61,160 nt of DNA from Candidatus Izemoplasma sp. (GTDB lineage Bacteria; Bacillota_I; Bacilli_A; Izemoplasmatales; Izemoplasmataceae): NCBI GenBank assembly GCA_007117625.1, contig SKGE01000001.1:1-61160 (forward strand). Direction: 5' to 3'. Both the position numbers and the translations under genes were made by a program. Below, one piece after another: positions 10,314-19,606 of the stretch (its first letter is position 1; every line of letters begins with the position of its first letter). Below the pieces are notes generated by a model that was given only the letters and a program-made list of their open reading frames with translations, did no database searches and was not told where the DNA came from.

Positions 10314-10838
10314 ATGAAAACTCGAGATACGAGAGAAATGGTTTATATGGCGTTGTTTATTGCGATGGTGTTTGTGGCCACAAACATTCGCGTTCATTTA
10401 CCTTTAGGAGCCGGTGGTCTTGTCCATATCGGTACACTAATGATGTTTGCGATTGCGCTTAAGTACGGTAAGGTATATGGTGCGATTAGTGCGGCGATTG
10501 GGATGACAATTTTTGATGTTGTGATGGGTTGGGGTGCTTGGGCACCAGGGACTTTTGTGGTTCGTTTGATTGCTGGGTACTTAGTTGGGGTGCTCGCTGA
10601 ATCGAAAGATGGTCAAGGTAAAATTATGTGGAAAAATGTTGTTGCGATTGCGGTTGGTGGATTTGTTATTGTTGCTGGCTATTATCTGTTTGAAAGTCTA
10701 TTTATCACGAACTTTTCTGGAGCGTTGGCTAGCATTCCTGGAAACCTAATGCAGCTGGCGATAGGGGTCTTCGGTTTGTTTATTTTAGACTCGCTTCCAA
10801 AGCTTGAAACAGCGCCAAATTCTCGATATGAAATGTAA
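10314..10838 (+). CDS. Small polytopic membrane protein, ECF-transporter S-component-like
   Basis: About 175 aa with 5-6 TM helices. Gly-rich helix patterns typical of ECF S components. Substrate unknown. Confidence 0.55.
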   Translation: MKTRDTREMVYMALFIAMVFVATNIRVHLPLGAGGLVHIGTLMMFAIALKYGKVYGAISAAIGMTIFDVVMGWGAWAPGTFVVRLIAGYLVGVLAESKDGQGKIMWKNVVAIAVGGFVIVAGYYLFESLFITNFSGALASIPGNLMQLAIGVFGLFILDSLPKLETAPNSRYEM

Positions 10839-10864
10839 GGAGTAAAACCCTTACATTTTTTTTT
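10833..10864 (+). terminator. Intrinsic terminator
   Basis: ATGTAAGG-agtaaaac-CCTTACAT followed by T8. Overlaps the stop codon. Confidence 0.75.
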
Positions 10865-10938
10865 GAATTTGGTTGTCAAGCTAGGGTGCATTTGTTAAAA
10901 TATAGTCGTGCTTATAATACAAATTTAGGAGGCAAGTT

Positions 10939-12063
10939 ATGAAAATTGGTGTACCAAAGGAAATTAAGAATAATGAAAATCGTGTTGGTATTACACCTGC
11001 AGGGGTTAGTTTGCTTGTGGCGAGTGGACACGAAGTCTTTGTTCAAAAAACAGCAGGATTAGGTTCAGGAATTTCTGATGAGGAGTTCGTAGCTGCAGGC
11101 GCTACGATTGTTGAAACAGCTGAGGATGCTTGGGCGCAAAAGATGGTTATTAAGGTCAAAGAACCGCTACCTAGCGAATATGACTTTTTCAGAGAAGACT
11201 TAATTATATTCACATATTTGCATTTAGCGGCTGAGGAAGCTTTAACAAAAGCGCTTGTAGAGTCTAAATGTAAAGCGATTGCGTATGAGACGGTTCAAAT
11301 TGGAAATTCGTTACCGTTGCTTCGTCCGATGAGTGAGGTAGCTGGTCGTCGTGGTACGATTGTTGCGGCTACACAACTTGAGAAGCATCGTGGTGGACGC
11401 GGTGTGTTATTATCAGGGGTTCCGGGGGTATCTCGTGGCCATGTGGTTGTGATTGGTGGCGGTGTTGCTGGGATTAGTGCAGCACGTATGGCGATTGGTT
11501 TAGGTGCTCGTGTTACGATTATTGAGTTAAGCGAAGATCGTATGCGTTATTTAGAAGATATTTTTGATAAGGAAGTGACTGTGTTAAAGTCAAATCCTTT
11601 GAATATTGCGGAGTCTTTAAAAACAGCAGATGCTGTGGTGAGTACGATTTTAATCCCTGGCGCAAAAGCGGCGAAGATTGTTACGGAAGACATGGTTAAA
11701 GAAATGCCGGAAGGTGCAGTTATTGTTGATATTTCAATTGATCAAGGTGGATCGGTGGAGACGATTGATCGCATTACAACCCATGACAATCCTGTTTATG
11801 AAAAGCACGGTGTGATTCACTATAGTGTTGCGAATATGCCTGGAGCAACACCGCGCACATCGACGTTTGCTTTGACAAATGCAACGATTCCTTATGCATT
11901 AGAAATTGCGAACAAAGGGTATCGTATCGCATGTTTAGATAGTGAGCCATTAATGATGGGAATCAATGTTTTAAACGGTCATGTGACGTATAAAGCTGTT
12001 GCGGATGTATTCGGATATGAGTATAAGGACGCTAGAGAAATTTTATTGAAACACGAAGCTTAA
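10939..12063 (+). CDS. ald: Alanine dehydrogenase
   Basis: MKIGVPKEIKNNENRVGITP N-terminus and NAD fold VIGGGVAGISAA. 374 aa. Confidence 0.93.
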   Translation: MKIGVPKEIKNNENRVGITPAGVSLLVASGHEVFVQKTAGLGSGISDEEFVAAGATIVETAEDAWAQKMVIKVKEPLPSEYDFFREDLIIFTYLHLAAEEALTKALVESKCKAIAYETVQIGNSLPLLRPMSEVAGRRGTIVAATQLEKHRGGRGVLLSGVPGVSRGHVVVIGGGVAGISAARMAIGLGARVTIIELSEDRMRYLEDIFDKEVTVLKSNPLNIAESLKTADAVVSTILIPGAKAAKIVTEDMVKEMPEGAVIVDISIDQGGSVETIDRITTHDNPVYEKHGVIHYSVANMPGATPRTSTFALTNATIPYALEIANKGYRIACLDSEPLMMGINVLNGHVTYKAVADVFGYEYKDAREILLKHEA

Positions 12064-12067
12064 ATCT

Positions 12068-12094
12068 AAACCCTCACGATTTGTGAGGGTTTTT
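12068..12094 (+). terminator. Intrinsic terminator
   Basis: CCCTCAC-gattt-GTGAGGG flanked by A- and T-runs. Confidence 0.75.
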
Positions 12095-12141
12095 CTTTTG
12101 GATAGATGAGGTAGGCGGGCTATGTGTTATAATATGGTCAG

Positions 12142-13188
12142 GTGATGATGATGAAAAACTTATATAATGAAACGTTAAAGTCGTTAGAAAAACATCTTGT
12201 AGGAGCGGGATTTAAGGCGTTTAATGCAAGACAGGTTTTTAATTGGATATATCGACATAAGGAAACTGATTTTGATAAGATGTTAAATTTGAGTATTAAG
12301 TTAAGAGCGTATTTAAAGGGTACGTTTTGTTTGGAGCAGTTAGAGCTTTTTCATAAGCAAGTGGCGAGTGATCAAACGAAAAAGTATTTGTTTAAGTTAG
12401 CTGATGATCATTTGATTGAGGCGGTACTTATGCAACATGATTATGGCAAGAGTTTGTGTGTGACGACACAGGTTGGATGTAATATTGGGTGTTCGTTTTG
12501 TGCTTCGGGTCTTGAGAAGAAGGTCCGTAATTTGACGGTTGCGGAAATGGTGATGCAAATTGTCGGGGTTGAAGCAGTTGAGGCAGAGCGGGTTTCTCAT
12601 ATTGTTATTATGGGAACGGGTGAACCGTTTGATAACTATGACAACGTTATGGGTTTTATTGATATTGCAAATTGTCCACACGGGTTTGAAATTGGTGCGA
12701 GACATATTACGGTATCGACAAGTGGTATTGTTCCTAAAATAGATGCGTTTGCAGAACGTAAAACGCAAGTGAACTTAGCGATTAGTTTACATGCACCAAA
12801 CGATCAAGTGCGTTCTAAGTTGATGAAGATTAATGATGTTTATCCGATCGATGCGCTGTTAGATAGTGTGCGCCGGTATGTTGATAAAACCAATCGCCGC
12901 GTGACCTTTGAGTATATTTTATTGTCAGGTGTGAATGATCAAATCAGCCATGCGAATGCTTTGTCGGATAAGATTCGCGGGATCAATGCCTATGTAAATT
13001 TAATTCGTTATAATCCGGTGTTGGAGTTTCATTACCGTCCGAGTAAAGAAGATGATGCGCAAGCATTTCACCAACAGCTGTTAAAAAGAGGGATTAATGC
13101 AACGTTGCGCAAAGAGCGTGGTTCAGATATTGATGCAGCTTGTGGGCAATTGCGTACCAAGGTTAAAAATAAGGGGAATACGTTATGA
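12142..13188 (+). CDS. rlmN: 23S rRNA/tRNA adenine-C2 methyltransferase (radical SAM)
   Basis: Radical-SAM CNIGCSFC motif and a C-terminal catalytic Cys (DIDAACGQL). The start is ambiguous (GTG 12142, or ATG 12145/12148/12151). The SD AGGTGA favours 12151. Confidence 0.93.
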   Translation: MMMMKNLYNETLKSLEKHLVGAGFKAFNARQVFNWIYRHKETDFDKMLNLSIKLRAYLKGTFCLEQLELFHKQVASDQTKKYLFKLADDHLIEAVLMQHDYGKSLCVTTQVGCNIGCSFCASGLEKKVRNLTVAEMVMQIVGVEAVEAERVSHIVIMGTGEPFDNYDNVMGFIDIANCPHGFEIGARHITVSTSGIVPKIDAFAERKTQVNLAISLHAPNDQVRSKLMKINDVYPIDALLDSVRRYVDKTNRRVTFEYILLSGVNDQISHANALSDKIRGINAYVNLIRYNPVLEFHYRPSKEDDAQAFHQQLLKRGINATLRKERGSDIDAACGQLRTKVKNKGNTL

Positions 13189-15644
13189 GATTATTGGATG
13201 CTATGGTGGCGTCTAAACAGCCTGTTTTAGTGATTACAGATCCGTATAAAGAGCGAGCTGTTTTAAGGCGAATGGGTGAATCAAAGGTTTTTAAGGCAGT
13301 TCAGTTCATGCATGTTCATGAGTTTTTAGAGAAAATCCTTTTTCGGTTTGAGGACCGTGCTGTTTTTGAAGCAGCACGCTTTTTTGATAAAAAACCTGAA
13401 GTCGTTGAACCTTGGCTGAAGTTTCTTTATTTAATTGAAGCTTCGAATGCGAAAACGGATCGTTTGAGAGAGCTCTTAGCACTTAAAGATATGTTGGTTG
13501 ATAAAAGGTTGATTACCAAGTATGATCATACGTCAGTGATGTTTAAAAATAAGACGATTTTGGTGGATTTGGATGATCAGGATGCTTTGGTTCGTAAAGC
13601 TTTGACTAAACTTTCTGAACTTACGGAGTATGAGGATTTTTCAACGTATAAGGGTCGAGGGAAAGGGCAGTATTTTGTGAAAGGTTTTTCAACCGTAGAA
13701 GCGGAAGTTGCGGTTGCGGCGAATACGATTCGGCAATTGATTGCGGATGGGGTTCCTTTTGAACAGCTTCAAGTGGTGTGTCATGTAACTGAATATACTG
13801 CATATTTGAGACGGATTTTTTATCAGTTTGGATTGCCGTTCAATATTCAAACGCAAAGTACGCTATGGCAGTTTGGTATCACTCAAAGGTTTTTTGAAGT
13901 TTTGACCGACCACACGGGATCTGCGTTTGCGGCTTTGACGTCTGCTTTAGAAGCTGTGAAACCGAAAGGTGATCTCAAGGTTTATCGGAAGATTATGCAA
14001 GTTTTGAATCCATTGGTTTATGAGACGCGTCCTATTGAAGCGCTGTTCGATGAAGTGTTGTTTTTATTAAAACATACCACGGTGAAGCAGCAAGGGTTTA
14101 AGGATGCCGTTTGCATAAATACGATGGAAAATATTGATATTGAACGCGTTGAGTATTTGTTTGTGCTGGGTGCGGCTGAGACGTATTTTCCGGTTTTTTC
14201 GAGTGAAAATGATATTTTGAGTAAGGATGAAAAAACGCTTATTGGTTACGATTGTGCTGAAACTGAAAACCTTCGCAAGAAACAGTTATACGCTAAGGTG
14301 ATTGAGTCTATTCCAAATGCTTATTTTAGCTATGCGATGTCAGGGGTTACTGAACAGTACTATCGCGCTACTTTTTTAGAGGATGCTATGGAACGCTATG
14401 AGTTCAAACCTTGGGAGGTAGAGCCTTTGGTGAAACAGGTTTATGCAGTTGGTTTTGATAAAGTATTAAGCAAAGAGGCATTGGATGACTTTCTTAAGTA
14501 CGGTCAAAAAACGGATTATTTAACGATGCTTTATCCAAGGTTTAAAGACGATATTGTTCGGTATGATAATCGTTTTCAATCGCTGCGTTCTGAAACGTTG
14601 AGTGAAGTGCTGAAGGTACCTTTGAAGCTTTCGTACAGTCGGCTTAATGTATATTTTAGTTGTAAGTTTCGATTTTTGCTTGAGGCTTTGCTCAAGGTCG
14701 ATCAAGCAAAGTCGCGTGTGGCTATTGATTTGGGGAACTTTTTTCACCGTGTTTTGGAGGAAGGTTTGTTAGAAAATGAACTTTCGGATGCGTTTTATCA
14801 CAGTGTTTTAGAGTCAATCTATGAGGGTCGAGAAGATGTCTCTCATAAATCGCGTTATTTTTTGTCAAAGAGTATTGAGATAGTTAAAGATGTAATTGAG
14901 GTGGTTCGGTCTCAACATCAGGCATCGAGCTATGAGGTTGAAAAACGTGAAACACGGGTTGAAAAGGGTTATCAAAACGCGGTTTTGTCTGGAATTATTG
15001 ATAAGGTTTTAGTGAGAAAGACAGATGAAGCAATCGAAAAATATGTTTTGCTGGATTATAAAACGGGTCAAACGACATTGAACTTAAAGCATGCGTACTA
15101 TGGCTTGAATGCGCAGTTGTTGTTTTATGTGATTTTGCTGTTGCATGAAACAGGAAGTGATGTATCGTCGGTAAGTGGGTTTTATGAGCAAACGTTATTG
15201 ATGGGTAAGAAAGTGCTCGCTCGATCTGAAACTGAAACATCTATGCGAAAAGAAGCTTTGAAGTGGCAAGGCTATACTGTGCATGATGTCAATGAGGCTT
15301 TGATGGTTGATCATAACGCTGATGAAGGTAGTTTTATTCGTGGTATGCGTTTTAAAAAAGCTGGTGATTTTGATAGTAGGGTTAAAACGTTTGATGTTGA
15401 GGGTTTAAATAGATTGGTTAAACATCTGGAGAAGTTATTGGATATTGCGATTACTTCGATACTATCAGGTGACTTTGCGATTGATCCTAAACGCGATCAG
15501 ACTCACAAAGATTTAAGTTGTGCGTATTGTTCGTTTAAAGATGTTTGTTATAAGCGGTCTGAGGATTATCAAACCTTAGAGATTCCTGACAGCGATTCAG
15601 AACTTTTTTCGTGGTTAGCAGATGATGAGGAGGGAATCGAATGA
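13185..15644 (+). CDS. addB: Helicase-nuclease complex subunit B (AddB/RexB-like), short form
   Basis: C-terminal PD-(D/E)XK nuclease (LLDYKTGQ). Cys cluster C...CxxCx5C (CAYCSFKDVC at 15519-15548). No N-terminal Walker A seen. ATGA overlaps with rlmN and addA. Confidence 0.85.
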   Translation: MRLLDAMVASKQPVLVITDPYKERAVLRRMGESKVFKAVQFMHVHEFLEKILFRFEDRAVFEAARFFDKKPEVVEPWLKFLYLIEASNAKTDRLRELLALKDMLVDKRLITKYDHTSVMFKNKTILVDLDDQDALVRKALTKLSELTEYEDFSTYKGRGKGQYFVKGFSTVEAEVAVAANTIRQLIADGVPFEQLQVVCHVTEYTAYLRRIFYQFGLPFNIQTQSTLWQFGITQRFFEVLTDHTGSAFAALTSALEAVKPKGDLKVYRKIMQVLNPLVYETRPIEALFDEVLFLLKHTTVKQQGFKDAVCINTMENIDIERVEYLFVLGAAETYFPVFSSENDILSKDEKTLIGYDCAETENLRKKQLYAKVIESIPNAYFSYAMSGVTEQYYRATFLEDAMERYEFKPWEVEPLVKQVYAVGFDKVLSKEALDDFLKYGQKTDYLTMLYPRFKDDIVRYDNRFQSLRSETLSEVLKVPLKLSYSRLNVYFSCKFRFLLEALLKVDQAKSRVAIDLGNFFHRVLEEGLLENELSDAFYHSVLESIYEGREDVSHKSRYFLSKSIEIVKDVIEVVRSQHQASSYEVEKRETRVEKGYQNAVLSGIIDKVLVRKTDEAIEKYVLLDYKTGQTTLNLKHAYYGLNAQLLFYVILLLHETGSDVSSVSGFYEQTLLMGKKVLARSETETSMRKEALKWQGYTVHDVNEALMVDHNADEGSFIRGMRFKKAGDFDSRVKTFDVEGLNRLVKHLEKLLDIAITSILSGDFAIDPKRDQTHKDLSCAYCSFKDVCYKRSEDYQTLEIPDSDSELFSWLADDEEGIE

Positions 15645-18600
15645 AATTTACGAAGCAACAAGCAAAAGCGATTTATACTTCGGGGAAAAATTTGTTGATT
15701 AGCGCTGGTGCTGGAAGTGGAAAAACAGCGGTTTTGAGTGAACGTGTGGTTGAAAAAATCCGGCAAGGGATTGAGGTTGATCGCTTGGTGGTTTTAACGT
15801 TTACTAATGCTGCAGCAAAAGAGATGAAACTTCGGATTCGAAAGAAGTTGGTTGAGGCTGATGCATCTGCGTATAAAAAAGCTATTGAGAATTTAGATGC
15901 GGCGCATATTCGAACATTTGATAGTTATGCGCTTTATTTGTTAAAAACCTATGGCTATGTGTATAACGTTTCTAGTCGTGTTGCCATTGGAGAAACAGCT
16001 GCGGTAGAAATTGAGAAACAGCGTATTTTTGATGCGATTTTGGATCGTTATTATGCTTCGGGAGATGCTGCTTTTGAAGCTTTTATCGATGCTTTTGAAG
16101 TGAAGGACGATAAACGGGTTAAAACGTTTTTGCTTAGTTTTTATGATCAGTTAAGCTTTTACACAGATATGAATCTAGCATTAAAACGTTTTGGTGAAGC
16201 ATCGTTTAATGAGGAGCGTTTTGTACAAACTTTTGAGGATTACACGATGCTTTTAAAGGAAATGATTGTTAATGTCAAAGATTCGATCGATGATATTTTA
16301 TCAAACTGCATGTTTGATGCATCGGTTGAATTTGTCGATCGTTTGAAGGTGTTTTTTACACCGCTTTTTGAAGCTGAGAGTTATCAAGCGATGACTGAGG
16401 CTGCATCAAGGCTAGATAAGATTCCGGATTTACGCTCAGTGGCCCCTAAACTTAAAAAAGAAGGTGGCGAAGCTGAGGGGGAATATTTGAAGGAAGCGCG
16501 TAAAAATCTTAAAAGTATGTTTGATGCGTTTACTGAACGCGTCGCATATTCAGAAGCTGAGCATCGATCACACTTTTATAAAAGCGGTGAACATGTGGCG
16601 ATTATTTGTGCGCTTTTAGCTGAGTTTGATGAGCGGTTTATGCGTTATCAAATCGATCATGAGGTTATGACGTTTGCTGCGGTGGCGCGTTTAACGATTC
16701 GGTTGTTGGAGGAATATCCTGAGATTTGTGAGCGTTTAAAGCGTGATATTCATGAAATAATGGTGGATGAATATCAGGATACAAATAAGTTGCAAGAGCG
16801 TTTTATTGAGTTGATTGCTAGTGATAATGTGTTCCAAGTCGGTGATGTTAAACAATCGATTTATCGTTTTCGTCACGCGGAGCCAAAGTTGTTTACCGAC
16901 AAGTTGTATAAGTATCAAACTACAGGTGAAGGGGAAGCGATTGCGTTAAATGCCAATTTTCGTTCTCGAAGAGAAGTTTTAGAAGATCTGAATAAGCTTT
17001 TTTATGGGGTTATGGATGCTCAGGTCGGTGGGGTTGATTACACCGACGATCAGGCTTTAAAATATGGGAATACCTTGTATGATGAGCATCTTGACGCTTC
17101 GGTGCGGTATGGTTTAACGCTTGCGCTTTATGGCGATGATGATGTGTCTGAATATGTAGAGCGAAAACAGTTATCGCTTGAAGAGATGGAAATGTTTTTT
17201 ATTGCCAAAGACATTGAGTCGAAGGTTGGTCATGTGAAAGTGTTTGATCATGACGCCAAAAAGTTACGTGTTGCACGCTATGAGGATTTTGCGATTTTAG
17301 TTGGTGTGGGGACGCAGTTTGATAAGTTTAAAAAAGTTTTTGAGTTAAGTAAGGTGCCGTTGAATGTGATGCGAAGTGCTCCGTTTCTAGCATCGATTGA
17401 TATTGATTTTTACCGGAATATTTTGAAATTGATTTATGCGTTTTCGGATTCAGATTACTATAGGCAACATCTGAAGCATAGCTTTTTGAGTGTTGCGCGG
17501 AGTTTTGTCTTTGATTTTAGCGATGATGTTGTGTTTGATCAGTTGTTAAAGCTTCCATCTCGATTGGGTGTCAACGCAGGGGATATTTTGAGTGATTTTG
17601 AACCGTTGTTTAAAGTTGTTGTTGAGCTTGCAAACACCCATGAAGTGATGACGATTGACGAGATTTTTCAAACAGTTTTACAGTCCTTCGATGTTGCTGG
17701 TATGCTGACGAAACTAGATGATACATTTGATGCGAAACAACGCATGATGTATTTAGAGATGATTATTAAAAGGTTGTCAGAAACAGGCTATACGCTTAAA
17801 GACTTGGTGCTGTATTTTGATGCGTTAGTTGATGCTGATATGGAGGTTGATTTTGATACTTCGAGGCTTGACAGTGATGATGGGGTCTTACTGATGACGA
17901 TTCATAAATCAAAAGGGCTAGAGTTTCCGTTTGTTTATGTGCCATCTTTAAAGCGTCGTTTTAATCGTGCAGATGAGCATATTGCTGTGTTTGATCATCG
18001 GTATGGATTTTTGTTGCCTGTTGCGGAACAAGGGTTGCGAAAATCGTATCTTTTTGATCTTTATAAAGAGCGACAACTTGCTGAAGATGTCTCGGAGCGA
18101 TTAAGGGTTTTGTATGTCGCTTTGACACGAGCAAAAGAGGCGTGCATTATGCCGTTGTTTGAGGGTGATGAGACGCGGTTCCATAAAGCTGAAAATGGGG
18201 TTGTGAAAGCATTAGAAAGACGGAGATATTATAATGCTTATAGTCGCGTTTTACATTCGATGCTCGATGATTTTTCAGAACAAATTGTTCGTATTCAGTT
18301 ATCAGATTATGGCTTAGATCCGAGTTATCGTGATTATCAAGCTAGCTATAGTGAGGTTGAAGGTGAGGCTATATCAAAAGAGTATCAGCCTCCGCTTGCT
18401 TATGAAAAAGCTGTTTCAAGAAAGTTTAGTCATGATATTGAGTCGTTGTTAAGCGCGAGTACTTTAGATGCGATTGCAGAGGGAAATCGTCTGCATGAGT
18501 TGTTAGAGCATATTGATTTTATGAAACCATACATGCCGCAGGTTGAGGTGTTGACAGATGAGGTTAAGACGAGAGAACTTTTGGTGGCGTTTTTTGAGAG

Positions 18601-18874
18601 TTCGCTGATGCAATCTTTGGATATTCATGCGGTGTATAAAGAGTTTCCATTTTTGATTGAAGATGCTGGTGATGTTACGCGTGGGTATATTGACTTGTTG
18701 GTTGAAACGAAGACTTCATTTGTGATTATTGATTATAAGCTTAAGGCGATTGATAAAGGGGGCTATTATGCTCAGATTGAAGGGTATCGCTCGGTGTTGT
18801 CGAAGATGACATCGAAAGGGATTGAAGGGTATTTGTATTCTATTGTTGATAAACGTTTTATAAAAGTGTTATAA
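15641..18874 (+). CDS. addA: ATP-dependent helicase/nuclease subunit A
   Basis: UvrD-like motifs (AGAGSGKTAV, VDEYQDTN) and a C-terminal RecB-type nuclease (IIDYKLK). Confidence 0.93.
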   Translation: MKFTKQQAKAIYTSGKNLLISAGAGSGKTAVLSERVVEKIRQGIEVDRLVVLTFTNAAAKEMKLRIRKKLVEADASAYKKAIENLDAAHIRTFDSYALYLLKTYGYVYNVSSRVAIGETAAVEIEKQRIFDAILDRYYASGDAAFEAFIDAFEVKDDKRVKTFLLSFYDQLSFYTDMNLALKRFGEASFNEERFVQTFEDYTMLLKEMIVNVKDSIDDILSNCMFDASVEFVDRLKVFFTPLFEAESYQAMTEAASRLDKIPDLRSVAPKLKKEGGEAEGEYLKEARKNLKSMFDAFTERVAYSEAEHRSHFYKSGEHVAIICALLAEFDERFMRYQIDHEVMTFAAVARLTIRLLEEYPEICERLKRDIHEIMVDEYQDTNKLQERFIELIASDNVFQVGDVKQSIYRFRHAEPKLFTDKLYKYQTTGEGEAIALNANFRSRREVLEDLNKLFYGVMDAQVGGVDYTDDQALKYGNTLYDEHLDASVRYGLTLALYGDDDVSEYVERKQLSLEEMEMFFIAKDIESKVGHVKVFDHDAKKLRVARYEDFAILVGVGTQFDKFKKVFELSKVPLNVMRSAPFLASIDIDFYRNILKLIYAFSDSDYYRQHLKHSFLSVARSFVFDFSDDVVFDQLLKLPSRLGVNAGDILSDFEPLFKVVVELANTHEVMTIDEIFQTVLQSFDVAGMLTKLDDTFDAKQRMMYLEMIIKRLSETGYTLKDLVLYFDALVDADMEVDFDTSRLDSDDGVLLMTIHKSKGLEFPFVYVPSLKRRFNRADEHIAVFDHRYGFLLPVAEQGLRKSYLFDLYKERQLAEDVSERLRVLYVALTRAKEACIMPLFEGDETRFHKAENGVVKALERRRYYNAYSRVLHSMLDDFSEQIVRIQLSDYGLDPSYRDYQASYSEVEGEAISKEYQPPLAYEKAVSRKFSHDIESLLSASTLDAIAEGNRLHELLEHIDFMKPYMPQVEVLTDEVKTRELLVAFFESSLMQSLDIHAVYKEFPFLIEDAGDVTRGYIDLLVETKTSFVIIDYKLKAIDKGGYYAQIEGYRSVLSKMTSKGIEGYLYSIVDKRFIKVL

Positions 18875-18904
18875 GTAAATTATATAGAGCATGAGGTGGA
18901 TATT

Positions 18905-19606
18905 ATGGCGATTCAATTAAAGTCTGTTACGAAGGCTTATGGAACGGGCGAGGTTCAGGTCAAGGCCCTTAATGGTGTTGATTTGGAGATTAAGGCAGGT
19001 CAGTTTGTTGTTGTCTTGGGACCGAGTGGTTCAGGGAAGAGTACGCTTTTAAATGTGATGAGTGGACTTGATCGGTTGGATGAAGGCAAGATTGTGATTG
19101 ATGATTATAAGATTCATGAGATGGAAGATAAAGCGTTGACGAAGTTTCGAAGAAATCATGTTGGGTTTATTTTTCAGCAATACAATCTCTTGCAGACCTT
19201 AACGGTTAAAGAAAATGTTTTGATTGGGGCACGTTTGGTCGATGATCCTTTTGATGTTGATCAGCTGCTTGAGGATGTCGGTATGGATGCGCATGCGGTT
19301 AAGTATCCTTTTCAGCTATCAGGAGGAGAGCAGCAGCGTGTTTCGATTGCGCGAGCTTTGGTAAAGCGACCGAAGATGTTGTTTTGTGATGAGCCTACAG
19401 GCGCTTTGGATGAATCTACTGGGAAAAATGTTTTGGCGATTTTACAAAAGTTAAACCGCTCATATAACACCACTGTGTTGTTGATTACACACAATGCAAG
19501 TATTGCTGCACTTGCCGATGTTGTGGTCAAGATGAACTCTGGGAAAATTGTTGATGTTGCTAAGAATACCCCAATTGATGCGAAAGAACTTCGTTGGAGT
19601 GAATGA
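18905..19606 (+). CDS. ABC transporter ATP-binding protein (MacB/FtsE-like)
   Basis: Walker A GPSGSGKST, signature LSGGEQQRV and Walker B LFCDEPTGALD. RBS GAGG 8 nt before ATG 18905. Confidence 0.93.
   Translation: MAIQLKSVTKAYGTGEVQVKALNGVDLEIKAGQFVVVLGPSGSGKSTLLNVMSGLDRLDEGKIVIDDYKIHEMEDKALTKFRRNHVGFIFQQYNLLQTLTVKENVLIGARLVDDPFDVDQLLEDVGMDAHAVKYPFQLSGGEQQRVSIARALVKRPKMLFCDEPTGALDESTGKNVLAILQKLNRSYNTTVLLITHNASIAALADVVVKMNSGKIVDVAKNTPIDAKELRWSE

Noticed and set aside
12397-12768. 123-aa ORF antisense to rlmN. The 129-aa ORF at 24927-25316 antisense to fakA is a similar case.
   Set aside because: These are antisense shadows of conserved genes. They have Asn/Arg/Thr-rich composition and no translation signals.
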